In this document: piece by piece, positions 6,286 through 14,509 of the stretch
Layout: each line of letters begins with the position of its first letter
Numbering within the stretch: the stretch's first letter is position 1
Origin: a virus
Lineage: Duplodnaviria; Caudoviricetes
IMG/VR virus record: IMGVR_UViG_3300036982_000125
Coordinates: 1-64,000 of that record
DNA length: 64,000 nt
Strand: one strand, 5' to 3'
Notes under the pieces: model-generated
Told to the model about the DNA's origin: nothing
Databases searched by the model: none
The model's input: only the letters and a program-made list of their open reading frames with translations
Position numbers and translations under genes: made by a program

Positions 6286-9249
6286 ATGTCAGATAGTTTT
6301 ATGTATACAGATATGAAAGCAGATAAAATGTATGTTTTATATGCAAATGCATCTTATTACAGCACTGTATGTATGGCTGTAGAAAGTATTCAACAGTTCA
6401 GCAATGCACCAATTACAGTGTACATGTTAAATGATCACAGTGAGGTTGCTGGAGCTAACACTGTCTACTGGGAATGTAATGTTGAAGACATACCAAGGGG
6501 ATCTTATATAGATAGAGATGATTCTAGGATATACAATCTATTAATTCAAAGACCTCTTATAATTAAACATGCTCTTGAGAACTTTGCTAACATAGTTTGT
6601 TATGTAGATTCTGATAGTGTAGCTACAAGATATATAGATAGAATATTCAACTATTATCCTACAGATTCGGAATTTCCGTATTTCACAGAGGGTATATATG
6701 ATTATCTATTCATTAATGGAAGAGGAGGAACTGAACTAACTAAGACATTAGAATATCCAGCATGTGAATTGTTTGGTGTACAGCAACACATTAGAGATAA
6801 GTATAGACAAACTGGTTACTTTGTAGCTGGTCAGAACACTATACCATTCTTAGAAGAATGGAGTTGGATGTGCAATCACCCAGAGATATTAAAAAATCCA
6901 CAATACTATGCCCCTTATCATGAAGAGACAATAGTTAATGTTCTCCTATGGAAACATAAGTTCTTAGATGGTCTTCCTTACATATACACTAATGCTAGTC
7001 TTGATAAGTTTGATGAGGTGTATAATGAAGATAACTGGGGTAAGTATGTAAGATCATGGTTTAAGTTACCAACTAATGAACAAGAATTATTCTTTCTACA
7101 TGGAGAGAAAGATCCTATTATAATGTCTAAAATAATGTCTAAAATGTCTAAACCTATGAGAATAATGTTTCTTGCTCCTCACCTATCAACAGGTGGTATG
7201 CCACAGTTTCTTGTTAAAAGAATAGAAGCTTTGAGAAAATATACAGATGTAGAAATAGCTGTTATAGAATATCAATGTCATAGCTTAGACTTTGTTGTAC
7301 AAAGAAATAAGATAAGAGATTTAATGCCAGCAGGTAAGTTTGCTACATTGTTTGAAAACAAACTAGAACTGTTTAATCATATTAAAGCATTTGATCCTGA
7401 TGTTATCCATATAGATGAAATGTCTGAGAGACTTGATAGAGAGATAATCACTAAGTTATACTCTGATGATAGAACATATAGGATAGTAGAAACATGTCAT
7501 GATGTATCTTTTGTACCAGAGACTAAGATGTTTACACCAGATGCATATGCATTCTGTACTCCATATCATGTAGATACATTTGCTAGTCTTGATGGGTATA
7601 AAGAAGTGATTGAATATCCTATAGATTACAATCATGTAACTAAGATGGAAAAAACTGCTGCAAAAATAAATCTTGGAATGGATATAAGAAAGAAGCATGT
7701 TGTAAACATAGGACTTTGGACCAAAGGAAAGAACCAAGGGGAAGGATTAGAAGCAGCTAGACAAATGCCAGATGTACATTTTCATTTTGTAGGTAACCAA
7801 GCTGGTAACTTCAAAGACTATTGGGAACCATTAATGAAAGATGTTCCTGATAATGTAAAGATATGGGGAGAGCAAACAGATACTGATTTGTTTATGAAAG
7901 CTGCAGACTTGTTTATGTTTAACTCTACATGGGAATGTAATCCATTAGTGTTAAGAGAAGCTATCAGCCATGGTCTTCCTATACTAGCTAGAAACCTTCC
8001 TCAATATTATAATATGTTCACTGATCATATAAGAAACCTAAACCCTATTATGATAGTACCACAGATAAGAGATATGTTAACATCTCCTAACAATTATCCT
8101 ATGCCACTTGACAATACATCTAAAGACTTTGCTAAGAATAACTTAAATCTGTACAAGCATGCAGTGTCTGTTATTCCACACAAAAACGACATAAATGATT
8201 ATAATATAACACAACACTTTGTAGGCCAACCATTCTTAGAGATAACTGGTACATCAACTAGTAACTTCACTGTAGAGTTTTATGATGGAGAAAAGTTAAT
8301 TCATTATGATACAATAAAATGTAATCATTGGATAAAACTTAGTAGAGAATATTATACAGACTGGGAAATAATTGTATACAAAGATGGTGTAGAAGTTTAT
8401 AATTATAAAATGAATCTAGAGAATAAGAGAGTGTATATATCTTTTGATAGCTCATCTCTAGGAGATACAATAGCTTGGATACCTTATGTATTAGAATTCA
8501 AGGTGAAACATAAGTGTGATGTGATTGTAAGTACATTTAAGAACTTCTTGTTTGAAAAAGAATATCCAGAGCTTGAGTTTGTTAATCCAGGAACTGTTGT
8601 TAATAACATCTATGCTATGTACAAACTTGGTTGGTTCTACAATACAAACAAAGAACCAGAACTACCAAATACTATCCCTTTACAGCAGACAGCTACAAAC
8701 ATTCTAGGTCTTTCTTATAAAGAAATCAAACCAAGGATTGTTAACAGTAGAGTGCATCTTGCAATGAGACAAGTTGCTATAGCTACTAATAGCACTGCAG
8801 GATGTAAGTTCTGGACCAGAGAGCATTGGCAAGAAGTGATTAACTACTTACATGATCAAGGATATAAAGTGATCAATACATCACTAGAAGATAATCCATT
8901 TGATAATTGTCAGTCATTAACTGATAAAAGTATGTCAGCAACTATGAGTGTTATATACAACAGTAGATTCTTTATAGGACTATCTAGTGGGCTTAGCTGG
9001 TTAGCATGGGCATTAGATGTGCCAGTGATCATGATATCTAACTTCACTGATAAGCATCATGAGTTTGAATGCCATAGACCAGTTAATACAAATGTATGTC
9101 ATGGATGTTGGAATGATCCACAATACAAGTTTGATAAGGGAGATTGGAATTGGTGTCCTGTACATAAAGGAACAGAGAGACAGTTTGAATGTCAGAAAAG
9201 CATAACACCAAAGATGGTAATAGATGAAATAGAAAAGCTCCTTAATTAG
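6286..9249 (+). CDS. Tri-domain glycosyltransferase: GT-A (DxD) + GT4-like GT-B + AAH/TibC-like protein O-heptosyltransferase domain
   Basis: YVDSDSV (DxD, nt 6607-6615) and HEETIVNVLLW; MRIMFLAPHLSTGG...EAISHGLPIL (GT4 pattern); SLGDTIAW...FFIGLSSGLSWLAW...CHGCWN-x-CP-x-RQFEC with C-x2-C-x15-C-x11-C spacing, as in the TibC iron site. Confidence 0.85.
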   Translation: MSDSFMYTDMKADKMYVLYANASYYSTVCMAVESIQQFSNAPITVYMLNDHSEVAGANTVYWECNVEDIPRGSYIDRDDSRIYNLLIQRPLIIKHALENFANIVCYVDSDSVATRYIDRIFNYYPTDSEFPYFTEGIYDYLFINGRGGTELTKTLEYPACELFGVQQHIRDKYRQTGYFVAGQNTIPFLEEWSWMCNHPEILKNPQYYAPYHEETIVNVLLWKHKFLDGLPYIYTNASLDKFDEVYNEDNWGKYVRSWFKLPTNEQELFFLHGEKDPIIMSKIMSKMSKPMRIMFLAPHLSTGGMPQFLVKRIEALRKYTDVEIAVIEYQCHSLDFVVQRNKIRDLMPAGKFATLFENKLELFNHIKAFDPDVIHIDEMSERLDREIITKLYSDDRTYRIVETCHDVSFVPETKMFTPDAYAFCTPYHVDTFASLDGYKEVIEYPIDYNHVTKMEKTAAKINLGMDIRKKHVVNIGLWTKGKNQGEGLEAARQMPDVHFHFVGNQAGNFKDYWEPLMKDVPDNVKIWGEQTDTDLFMKAADLFMFNSTWECNPLVLREAISHGLPILARNLPQYYNMFTDHIRNLNPIMIVPQIRDMLTSPNNYPMPLDNTSKDFAKNNLNLYKHAVSVIPHKNDINDYNITQHFVGQPFLEITGTSTSNFTVEFYDGEKLIHYDTIKCNHWIKLSREYYTDWEIIVYKDGVEVYNYKMNLENKRVYISFDSSSLGDTIAWIPYVLEFKVKHKCDVIVSTFKNFLFEKEYPELEFVNPGTVVNNIYAMYKLGWFYNTNKEPELPNTIPLQQTATNILGLSYKEIKPRIVNSRVHLAMRQVAIATNSTAGCKFWTREHWQEVINYLHDQGYKVINTSLEDNPFDNCQSLTDKSMSATMSVIYNSRFFIGLSSGLSWLAWALDVPVIMISNFTDKHHEFECHRPVNTNVCHGCWNDPQYKFDKGDWNWCPVHKGTERQFECQKSITPKMVIDEIEKLLN

Positions 9250-9255
9250 GAGCTT
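9235..9255. terminator. Hairpin at the convergence point of opposite-strand genes
   Basis: AAGCTCCT-TAATT-AGGAGCTT contains both stop codons and is followed by CTTCT on the plus strand and TTCT on the minus strand. Confidence 0.5.
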
Positions 9256-9421
9256 CTTCTGTTATATAAGGTTGTTCATCATACCAACTCCACCCATCAA
9301 CAGGGTACTCGTATGTGTCTTTTTCTTCTTTTAATAATGTATAATTAGGAGCATACACAAAGTTAGGTGCATACTGCCAATTGTCATCTTCTAATTTATA
9401 AAATCCTGCTGTTGTTTCCAT
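9242..9421 (-). CDS. 59-aa acidic/aromatic protein after the LRR fibre gene; possible fibre chaperone (absent from ORF track)
   Basis: METTAGFYKLEDDNWQYAPNFVYAPNYTLLKEEKDTYEYPVDGWSWYDEQPYITEEAPN*; starts 3 nt after the LRR gene stop. Confidence 0.75.
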   Translation of the reverse strand: METTAGFYKLEDDNWQYAPNFVYAPNYTLLKEEKDTYEYPVDGWSWYDEQPYITEEAPN

Positions 9422-9424
9422 AGT

Positions 9425-11617
9425 TTATCCTGATACTGTCCAACCTTTTGACGTTAATACTAATTTGTCTGCAGCTGTTAAGCCTGCTGCTCCTGTACTA
9501 TTTAATATATTTATTGTTTTAGAAACTACAACTCCTTGTGCTGCTATATCTGCAAATAATATATTTAGTGCTGCTGTTGATAAACTTGTATAAGATACGT
9601 TTATCTGAGGAGATAGTCCTGTCCATTGTCCTGTTGATGTGTTTAATAATCTCAAAGAGTTCAGTTTATTAAAGTTTGTTGTACTTGCACCATTAACTGT
9701 TAATCTTGAATGTGGACAACTAAAACTTAATGAAGTTAATAAATTATTGAAAAGTAAACCATCTGCACTAACTAAAGGTGTTGTGGTTAAACTACCAATA
9801 TTATTAAGATTTGTCACAGTGGCTAATGTACCACATAATGCAATAAAAGAAGCAATACTTGTTACTAAAGAAGTCTGAGTTGTTGGTAATGTTAATGTTT
9901 TTAAATTAGAGCAACTATTTGCAAGATTTGCAAAAGTTGTAGTAGAAGCTGATACAGTTGAAGGCATCACTATTGTAGATAAATTATAACAGGTTTGAAA
10001 AAGAGTACTAAATACAGTACAAGAACTCATACTTGTAGGAAGTGTTACAGATGTTAAATTAAAACAACCTGAAAATCCATTTCCAAATGTAGTTACAGCA
10101 TTCATAGTTGATGGAAATACCACTGAAGTTAATTTAGTACAATTTACAAAAACATTTGATAAAGTGTTTACTAAATTCAAACTTGTTGGCATAACTATAG
10201 ACTCTAATTTATAACAAGAAGAACACATACTATCCATTGCTGTACAACTGTTTTGAGCATTATTTGGTAATACAATTGTTTTAATATTAAAGCAAGATGC
10301 AAATGCAGAATTTATAGTTGATATTACATATCCTGAAGGAATAGTTATTGAAGGTAGTGAATAACAAGCATTAAACATTGAGTTCATTGCTATAGGAGAG
10401 CCTACGGTAGTTGGTAATGTAACAGAATTTAAGTTACTACAAATATTAAAACAGCTTCCAAAGTTTGTTAAAGCATTCATAGTAGTAGGAAAAACAACAT
10501 TTGTTATTGAACTGCATCCACTAAATGCACCTGACATTGTACTTGCATTAAAACCTGTAGGAAAAAATATATTTTTTAAATTTGAGCAAGATGAAAATGC
10601 AGTTGAAAAATCATATATTGCATTTGAAGAACAAGTTGAAGGAAAATATACATTTTGTAATTGACTACAAGTTGAAAACATACTATTAGCATTAACTGTT
10701 GTAGAAGCAGAAACAGGGGATGGTAATGATGTAAATTTAACCCATTGTAACGAAGTTGCATTACTAAAAGTTGTTACTAAACTTGTACATAAATTTATAC
10801 TTGGTAAAGTAATATTTTTTAAAGAATTACATCCAAGAAAAGTATTTGCTAAAGTTGTACAACTATTTAATGTAGTTGGTAATGATATTGTTCTTAAATT
10901 TCTACAGTTTTGAAAACAAAGTGATATATTTGTTATTGCAGTTGCATTTGAAGGAAATGTAATATTTCTTAAATTAGGACAAGTTGCAAACATACTTGAC
11001 ACATCAGTTAATGCACTTGCAGATGTTGGCATTACAACTACATATAAATTTGGACAAAAAGCAAACATTCCTGTAAGTATAGAAGTCCAAGCAACTGTGG
11101 CAGGAAATTTAACATATTCTAAAAAACTAAATGTTCCTACTGAAAAAGTAGAATTTGTAGAATAAAATGTTTGATTAAATGTATTAGTTGTACAAGTACC
11201 ATCTCCATAATATGCTTCTAATAATCCTATATTATATCCTTGACTACCTCCTGTTACAGTGAAATTTGATATGTGTTTTGCATTTGTTATTACACACGTA
11301 GCATCTCCATATATACGTATTTTAAATGTATTATATCCTCTTGAACAAGGAGTACCGCCAGTTGAGTAAACGTGTTCTGTTGTTGTTGTTGCTGTTGTGG
11401 ATATTGTATTTATAACACCATCGCCCCAATCAATGTAAATATTCCCTGTAGTTCTTGTAAATACTGTTTGTATTGAAAAACATTTTAGGTTTACATCAGC
11501 AACTAAAAACTGTACCTCGTTTGGTGTATCAACTATTGTTATCCAATCAGGTGGTCTTACCCAATCAGTAGGAACAGGTGTAGGTGCTATTGAATTTATA
11601 AGTGCGTTAAATGCCAT
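9425..11617 (-). CDS. BspA-like leucine-rich-repeat protein; probable receptor-binding fibre
   Basis: Roughly 20 repeats of F..C..L..(I/V).(L/F)P after a PKD/Ig-like IDWGDG segment. Confidence 0.75.
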   Translation of the reverse strand: MAFNALINSIAPTPVPTDWVRPPDWITIVDTPNEVQFLVADVNLKCFSIQTVFTRTTGNIYIDWGDGVINTISTTATTTTEHVYSTGGTPCSRGYNTFKIRIYGDATCVITNAKHISNFTVTGGSQGYNIGLLEAYYGDGTCTTNTFNQTFYSTNSTFSVGTFSFLEYVKFPATVAWTSILTGMFAFCPNLYVVVMPTSASALTDVSSMFATCPNLRNITFPSNATAITNISLCFQNCRNLRTISLPTTLNSCTTLANTFLGCNSLKNITLPSINLCTSLVTTFSNATSLQWVKFTSLPSPVSASTTVNANSMFSTCSQLQNVYFPSTCSSNAIYDFSTAFSSCSNLKNIFFPTGFNASTMSGAFSGCSSITNVVFPTTMNALTNFGSCFNICSNLNSVTLPTTVGSPIAMNSMFNACYSLPSITIPSGYVISTINSAFASCFNIKTIVLPNNAQNSCTAMDSMCSSCYKLESIVMPTSLNLVNTLSNVFVNCTKLTSVVFPSTMNAVTTFGNGFSGCFNLTSVTLPTSMSSCTVFSTLFQTCYNLSTIVMPSTVSASTTTFANLANSCSNLKTLTLPTTQTSLVTSIASFIALCGTLATVTNLNNIGSLTTTPLVSADGLLFNNLLTSLSFSCPHSRLTVNGASTTNFNKLNSLRLLNTSTGQWTGLSPQINVSYTSLSTAALNILFADIAAQGVVVSKTINILNSTGAAGLTAADKLVLTSKGWTVSG

Positions 11618-11621
11618 TTGA

Positions 11622-14030
11622 TTAAGTTGTTTGAGTTATTACTATATCCACAATCATATCCGCTTGTGGAGGGAATTGAGCATAAAATGTTGCTACGCCT
11701 GATGCAACCCCTACAAATGGTAATACTTGCGAATTGTATGCAGTTAAATAACTTGAATTTTGAGGTGTTACTGATACTTCCGAAGTTGTATCAACATTTA
11801 CGTTGCTAAACGCATAAGTATAATATCCACTAACTAATGTCCAAGAGCCTACTGCTAATGTTTGTGATGTAAGTTTTATAGGTGTACCACTAATCCCATT
11901 ACTTCCATCTACACCACTTGTACCTGATGAACCTGTAGTACCTGATGAACCAGCTGTACCGCTTGAACCACTAGATCCAGCTGTTCCACTAGTACCTGTA
12001 CTTCCAGATGTTCCACTAGTTCCACTTGAGCCAGAGGTACCTGAAGTACCAGTTGTTCCATCAGTACCTGAAGTACCTGAAGTACCTGATGTTCCTGAAC
12101 TACCTGAACTTCCTGAACTTCCTGAAGAACCACTAGTAGATGATGAACCGCTAGTACCTGATGTACCATGAGACCCATCACCACCTGTTGCACCATCTAA
12201 GTTTACATACCATGAGCAAAAGAATCCTGAACCAGTTTGACCTGTCACTTGGAAACTTAATACACCAGTAGTTGGGTTATATGCTGTAATAATAGCTTCA
12301 TTATGTATGAAAGCATCATTTGAATAAGTTATAATTATACTTTGTCCTAATGTATATGAAAGTAATGTACCAACAGTGATTGTACCTGTGCCACCAGGTG
12401 CTTGAATAGTATAGCATGTACCTGATGTTGTTGCATATTTATCTCCTGAATATCCTGATGTACCTGATGTAGCAGAAGATCCAGAGCTTCCTGATGTGCC
12501 TGAGGACCCACTAGTAGCTGAAGTTCCACTTGTACCAGATGTTCCCCCAGTACCATTAGTTCCTGAAGTACCTGCGGTACCACTTGTTGCAGAGGTTCCA
12601 GCAGTACCAGAAGATCCACTAGTGGCAGATGTACCTGATGTTGCTGAAGTTCCTGATGTACCAGTAGTTCCTGAGGTACCAGTAGTACCACTAGTACCAG
12701 ATGTACTTCCTACAGCTACACCTATTTGTTTTGTAGTGATAATAGCAGAAGGTGCAGCAGGTGCACTGTATGGAGAAACTTTAGATGGTTTAGCTGTTAA
12801 TGTAATATTTTGACTTGTAGAAGAAAATATAAGTTCTAAATAATCATTAGCTTGTAATTCTAATATAAAGGATACATATGGTAGTTGTAATGTACCATCT
12901 ATTACAATACTTAGATATGAATCTGTTCTAACAATATTATTACCATTTTTTTTAATCCATATTTCTATGTCTGCAATTGGACCACCTGTTTTCTCTACTT
13001 GTAAAGAATATCCAAATTCATATATACCAGCATGTGGATATCTAATCTGTTGACCAAAGTCTAGAATAATACCATTTGCTATTTCTGTTGTATTATATGT
13101 AACTACTGTTGGCGTGTTTGCAGCTATAATAGGTTGATTAGCATTATTAGAATAACTTGCAAACCAATTAGCTATAGCAGCTCCTGAAGAACCATTCAAT
13201 CCACTTGTTCCACTTGTACCTCTAGTTCCAGATGTACCAGTTGTACCAGATGTACCAGTTGTACCACTACTGCCAGATGTTCCAGAGGTTCCTGATGTAG
13301 AAGAAGTTCCAGAAGTACCAGTAGTTCCGCTTGTTGCAGAAGTTCCGCTTGTACCTGTTGTACCTGAAGTTCCTGCAGATCCAGAGCTACCTGAAGTTCC
13401 ATTGCTTCCATTTCCTCCTACTGCACCTTCTAAGTTTATATCCCATGAACAATAATTACCGCTACCAACAACTAATATAGGATTACTAAAAACTAATTCT
13501 CCTGTAATATGATTGTATGTAATAACAATACATTCTTGATAATTGAATGCATTATATGAAATAACAATAGATTGTCCAGGAGTGTAAGACAATCCTGTAG
13601 CAATAGTGATTGTTCCATCATCACCTAATGTAATACAATCAGTTGAGGTTGTTCTATAAAGATCACCCTGCACTCCTGAGCTTCCACTTGTTCCTGATGT
13701 AGCAGATGAACCACTAGTTCCTGTAGTTCCACTAGTTGCGGATGTTCCACTAGTTCCAGAACTTCCACTAGTACCAGTGGTACCAGAAGTGCCTGAAGTG
13801 GCAGAAGTACCACTAGTTCCTGTAGTACCTGATGTTCCACTGGTACCAGAAGTACCACTAGTTCCATCAGCACCAGCACCAGAACAAAGTCTATCATTAA
13901 TTTTCTTTAATGCAGACTCAATTGTTTCATTAGTATTTATACCAGTACATACCAAGTTAGGCCCTTCGTAAAATACGCAAGCTGAACTTAATATAATAGA
14001 GCAAGGATTAGCTGCACAGATTACACTCAT
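11622..14030 (-). CDS. Collagen-like fibre with Gly-Thr/Ser-Ser repeats, a duplicated beta-domain and a C1q/BclA-like domain
   Basis: N-terminal Cys docking module, four (GTS)n blocks, two copies of YxTTS..C...LSYT.GQSI...YN..TG.L.F...CSW..NL.GA.GG, and QIRYPHAGIYEFGYSLQV. Confidence 0.7.
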   Translation of the reverse strand: MSVICAANPCSIILSSACVFYEGPNLVCTGINTNETIESALKKINDRLCSGAGADGTSGTSGTSGTSGTTGTSGTSATSGTSGTTGTSGSSGTSGTSATSGTTGTSGSSATSGTSGSSGVQGDLYRTTSTDCITLGDDGTITIATGLSYTPGQSIVISYNAFNYQECIVITYNHITGELVFSNPILVVGSGNYCSWDINLEGAVGGNGSNGTSGSSGSAGTSGTTGTSGTSATSGTTGTSGTSSTSGTSGTSGSSGTTGTSGTTGTSGTRGTSGTSGLNGSSGAAIANWFASYSNNANQPIIAANTPTVVTYNTTEIANGIILDFGQQIRYPHAGIYEFGYSLQVEKTGGPIADIEIWIKKNGNNIVRTDSYLSIVIDGTLQLPYVSFILELQANDYLELIFSSTSQNITLTAKPSKVSPYSAPAAPSAIITTKQIGVAVGSTSGTSGTTGTSGTTGTSGTSATSGTSATSGSSGTAGTSATSGTAGTSGTNGTGGTSGTSGTSATSGSSGTSGSSGSSATSGTSGYSGDKYATTSGTCYTIQAPGGTGTITVGTLLSYTLGQSIIITYSNDAFIHNEAIITAYNPTTGVLSFQVTGQTGSGFFCSWYVNLDGATGGDGSHGTSGTSGSSSTSGSSGSSGSSGSSGTSGTSGTSGTDGTTGTSGTSGSSGTSGTSGSTGTSGTAGSSGSSGTAGSSGTTGSSGTSGVDGSNGISGTPIKLTSQTLAVGSWTLVSGYYTYAFSNVNVDTTSEVSVTPQNSSYLTAYNSQVLPFVGVASGVATFYAQFPPQADMIVDIVITQTT
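11905..13870 (-). repeat. Four blocks of 9-nt-period degenerate repeats encoding (G/A)-(T/S)-(S/T)
   Basis: Blocks at approximately 11905-12170, 12460-12710, 13200-13400 and 13680-13870; third codon positions vary. Confidence 0.85.
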
Positions 14031-14045
14031 TAGATGGGTAGATTA

Positions 14046-14435
14046 TTAGTGAACGATTTTAAGAAGATCTCCTGTACGATACACTTGACCAGCAATTAAT
14101 CCAGCAAACAAAGCAGCTGAGTTATTAGCATATTCAGGTGTTGGTATAGGGGCTGTTAATACAAGACTCCAATCAGCAGCTCCTGTACCTATAGCTTTAG
14201 CAAAATACAACAAAGACTTAGCTGTATTTAAATAAGTTTGTCCTAGATATGTAGCAGAGCTACTAGGAGCAGTGGTACCAGATAATGGTACTAAGTTAGT
14301 ATTAATCTTAGCTAATACAGATTGAAGATCCTCTAAAGGATTCACCTTTATATTAGTAAGATAGGGGCCATTGTATACAATGCATAAAGCATTCTCATAC
14401 ACAGCACATGTTGGGCAAATTGCAGCTGTTCTCAT
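14046..14435 (-). CDS. Small fibre-associated protein with Cys docking module
   Basis: CPTC...LCIVYNGPYL.NI.VNP..DLQSVLAKIN is shared with other fibre N-termini. Confidence 0.55.
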   Translation of the reverse strand: MRTAAICPTCAVYENALCIVYNGPYLTNIKVNPLEDLQSVLAKINTNLVPLSGTTAPSSSATYLGQTYLNTAKSLLYFAKAIGTGAADWSLVLTAPIPTPEYANNSAALFAGLIAGQVYRTGDLLKIVH

Positions 14436-14440
14436 GTGAG

Positions 14441-14471
14441 CAAAGTTAAGTATTAATTATATATTTTGAAA
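14441..14471 (-). promoter_or_regulatory. Bacteroidota-type promoter (TTTC-N19-TAACTTTG)
   Basis: The -7 element lies only 5 nt before the ATG at 14435. Confidence 0.55.
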
Positions 14472-14509
14472 GTGTTGGTAATAAATACCTGGTATAATAT
14501 AGCGTTCGA

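Noticed and set aside
9425-11617. Diversity-generating retroelement targeting the LRR fibre
   Set aside because: No reverse transcriptase and no template/variable repeat pair differing at adenines was found in the window.
11905-13870. CRISPR array or satellite DNA
   Set aside because: The repeats are in-frame, degenerate at third codon positions, and lack unique spacers.
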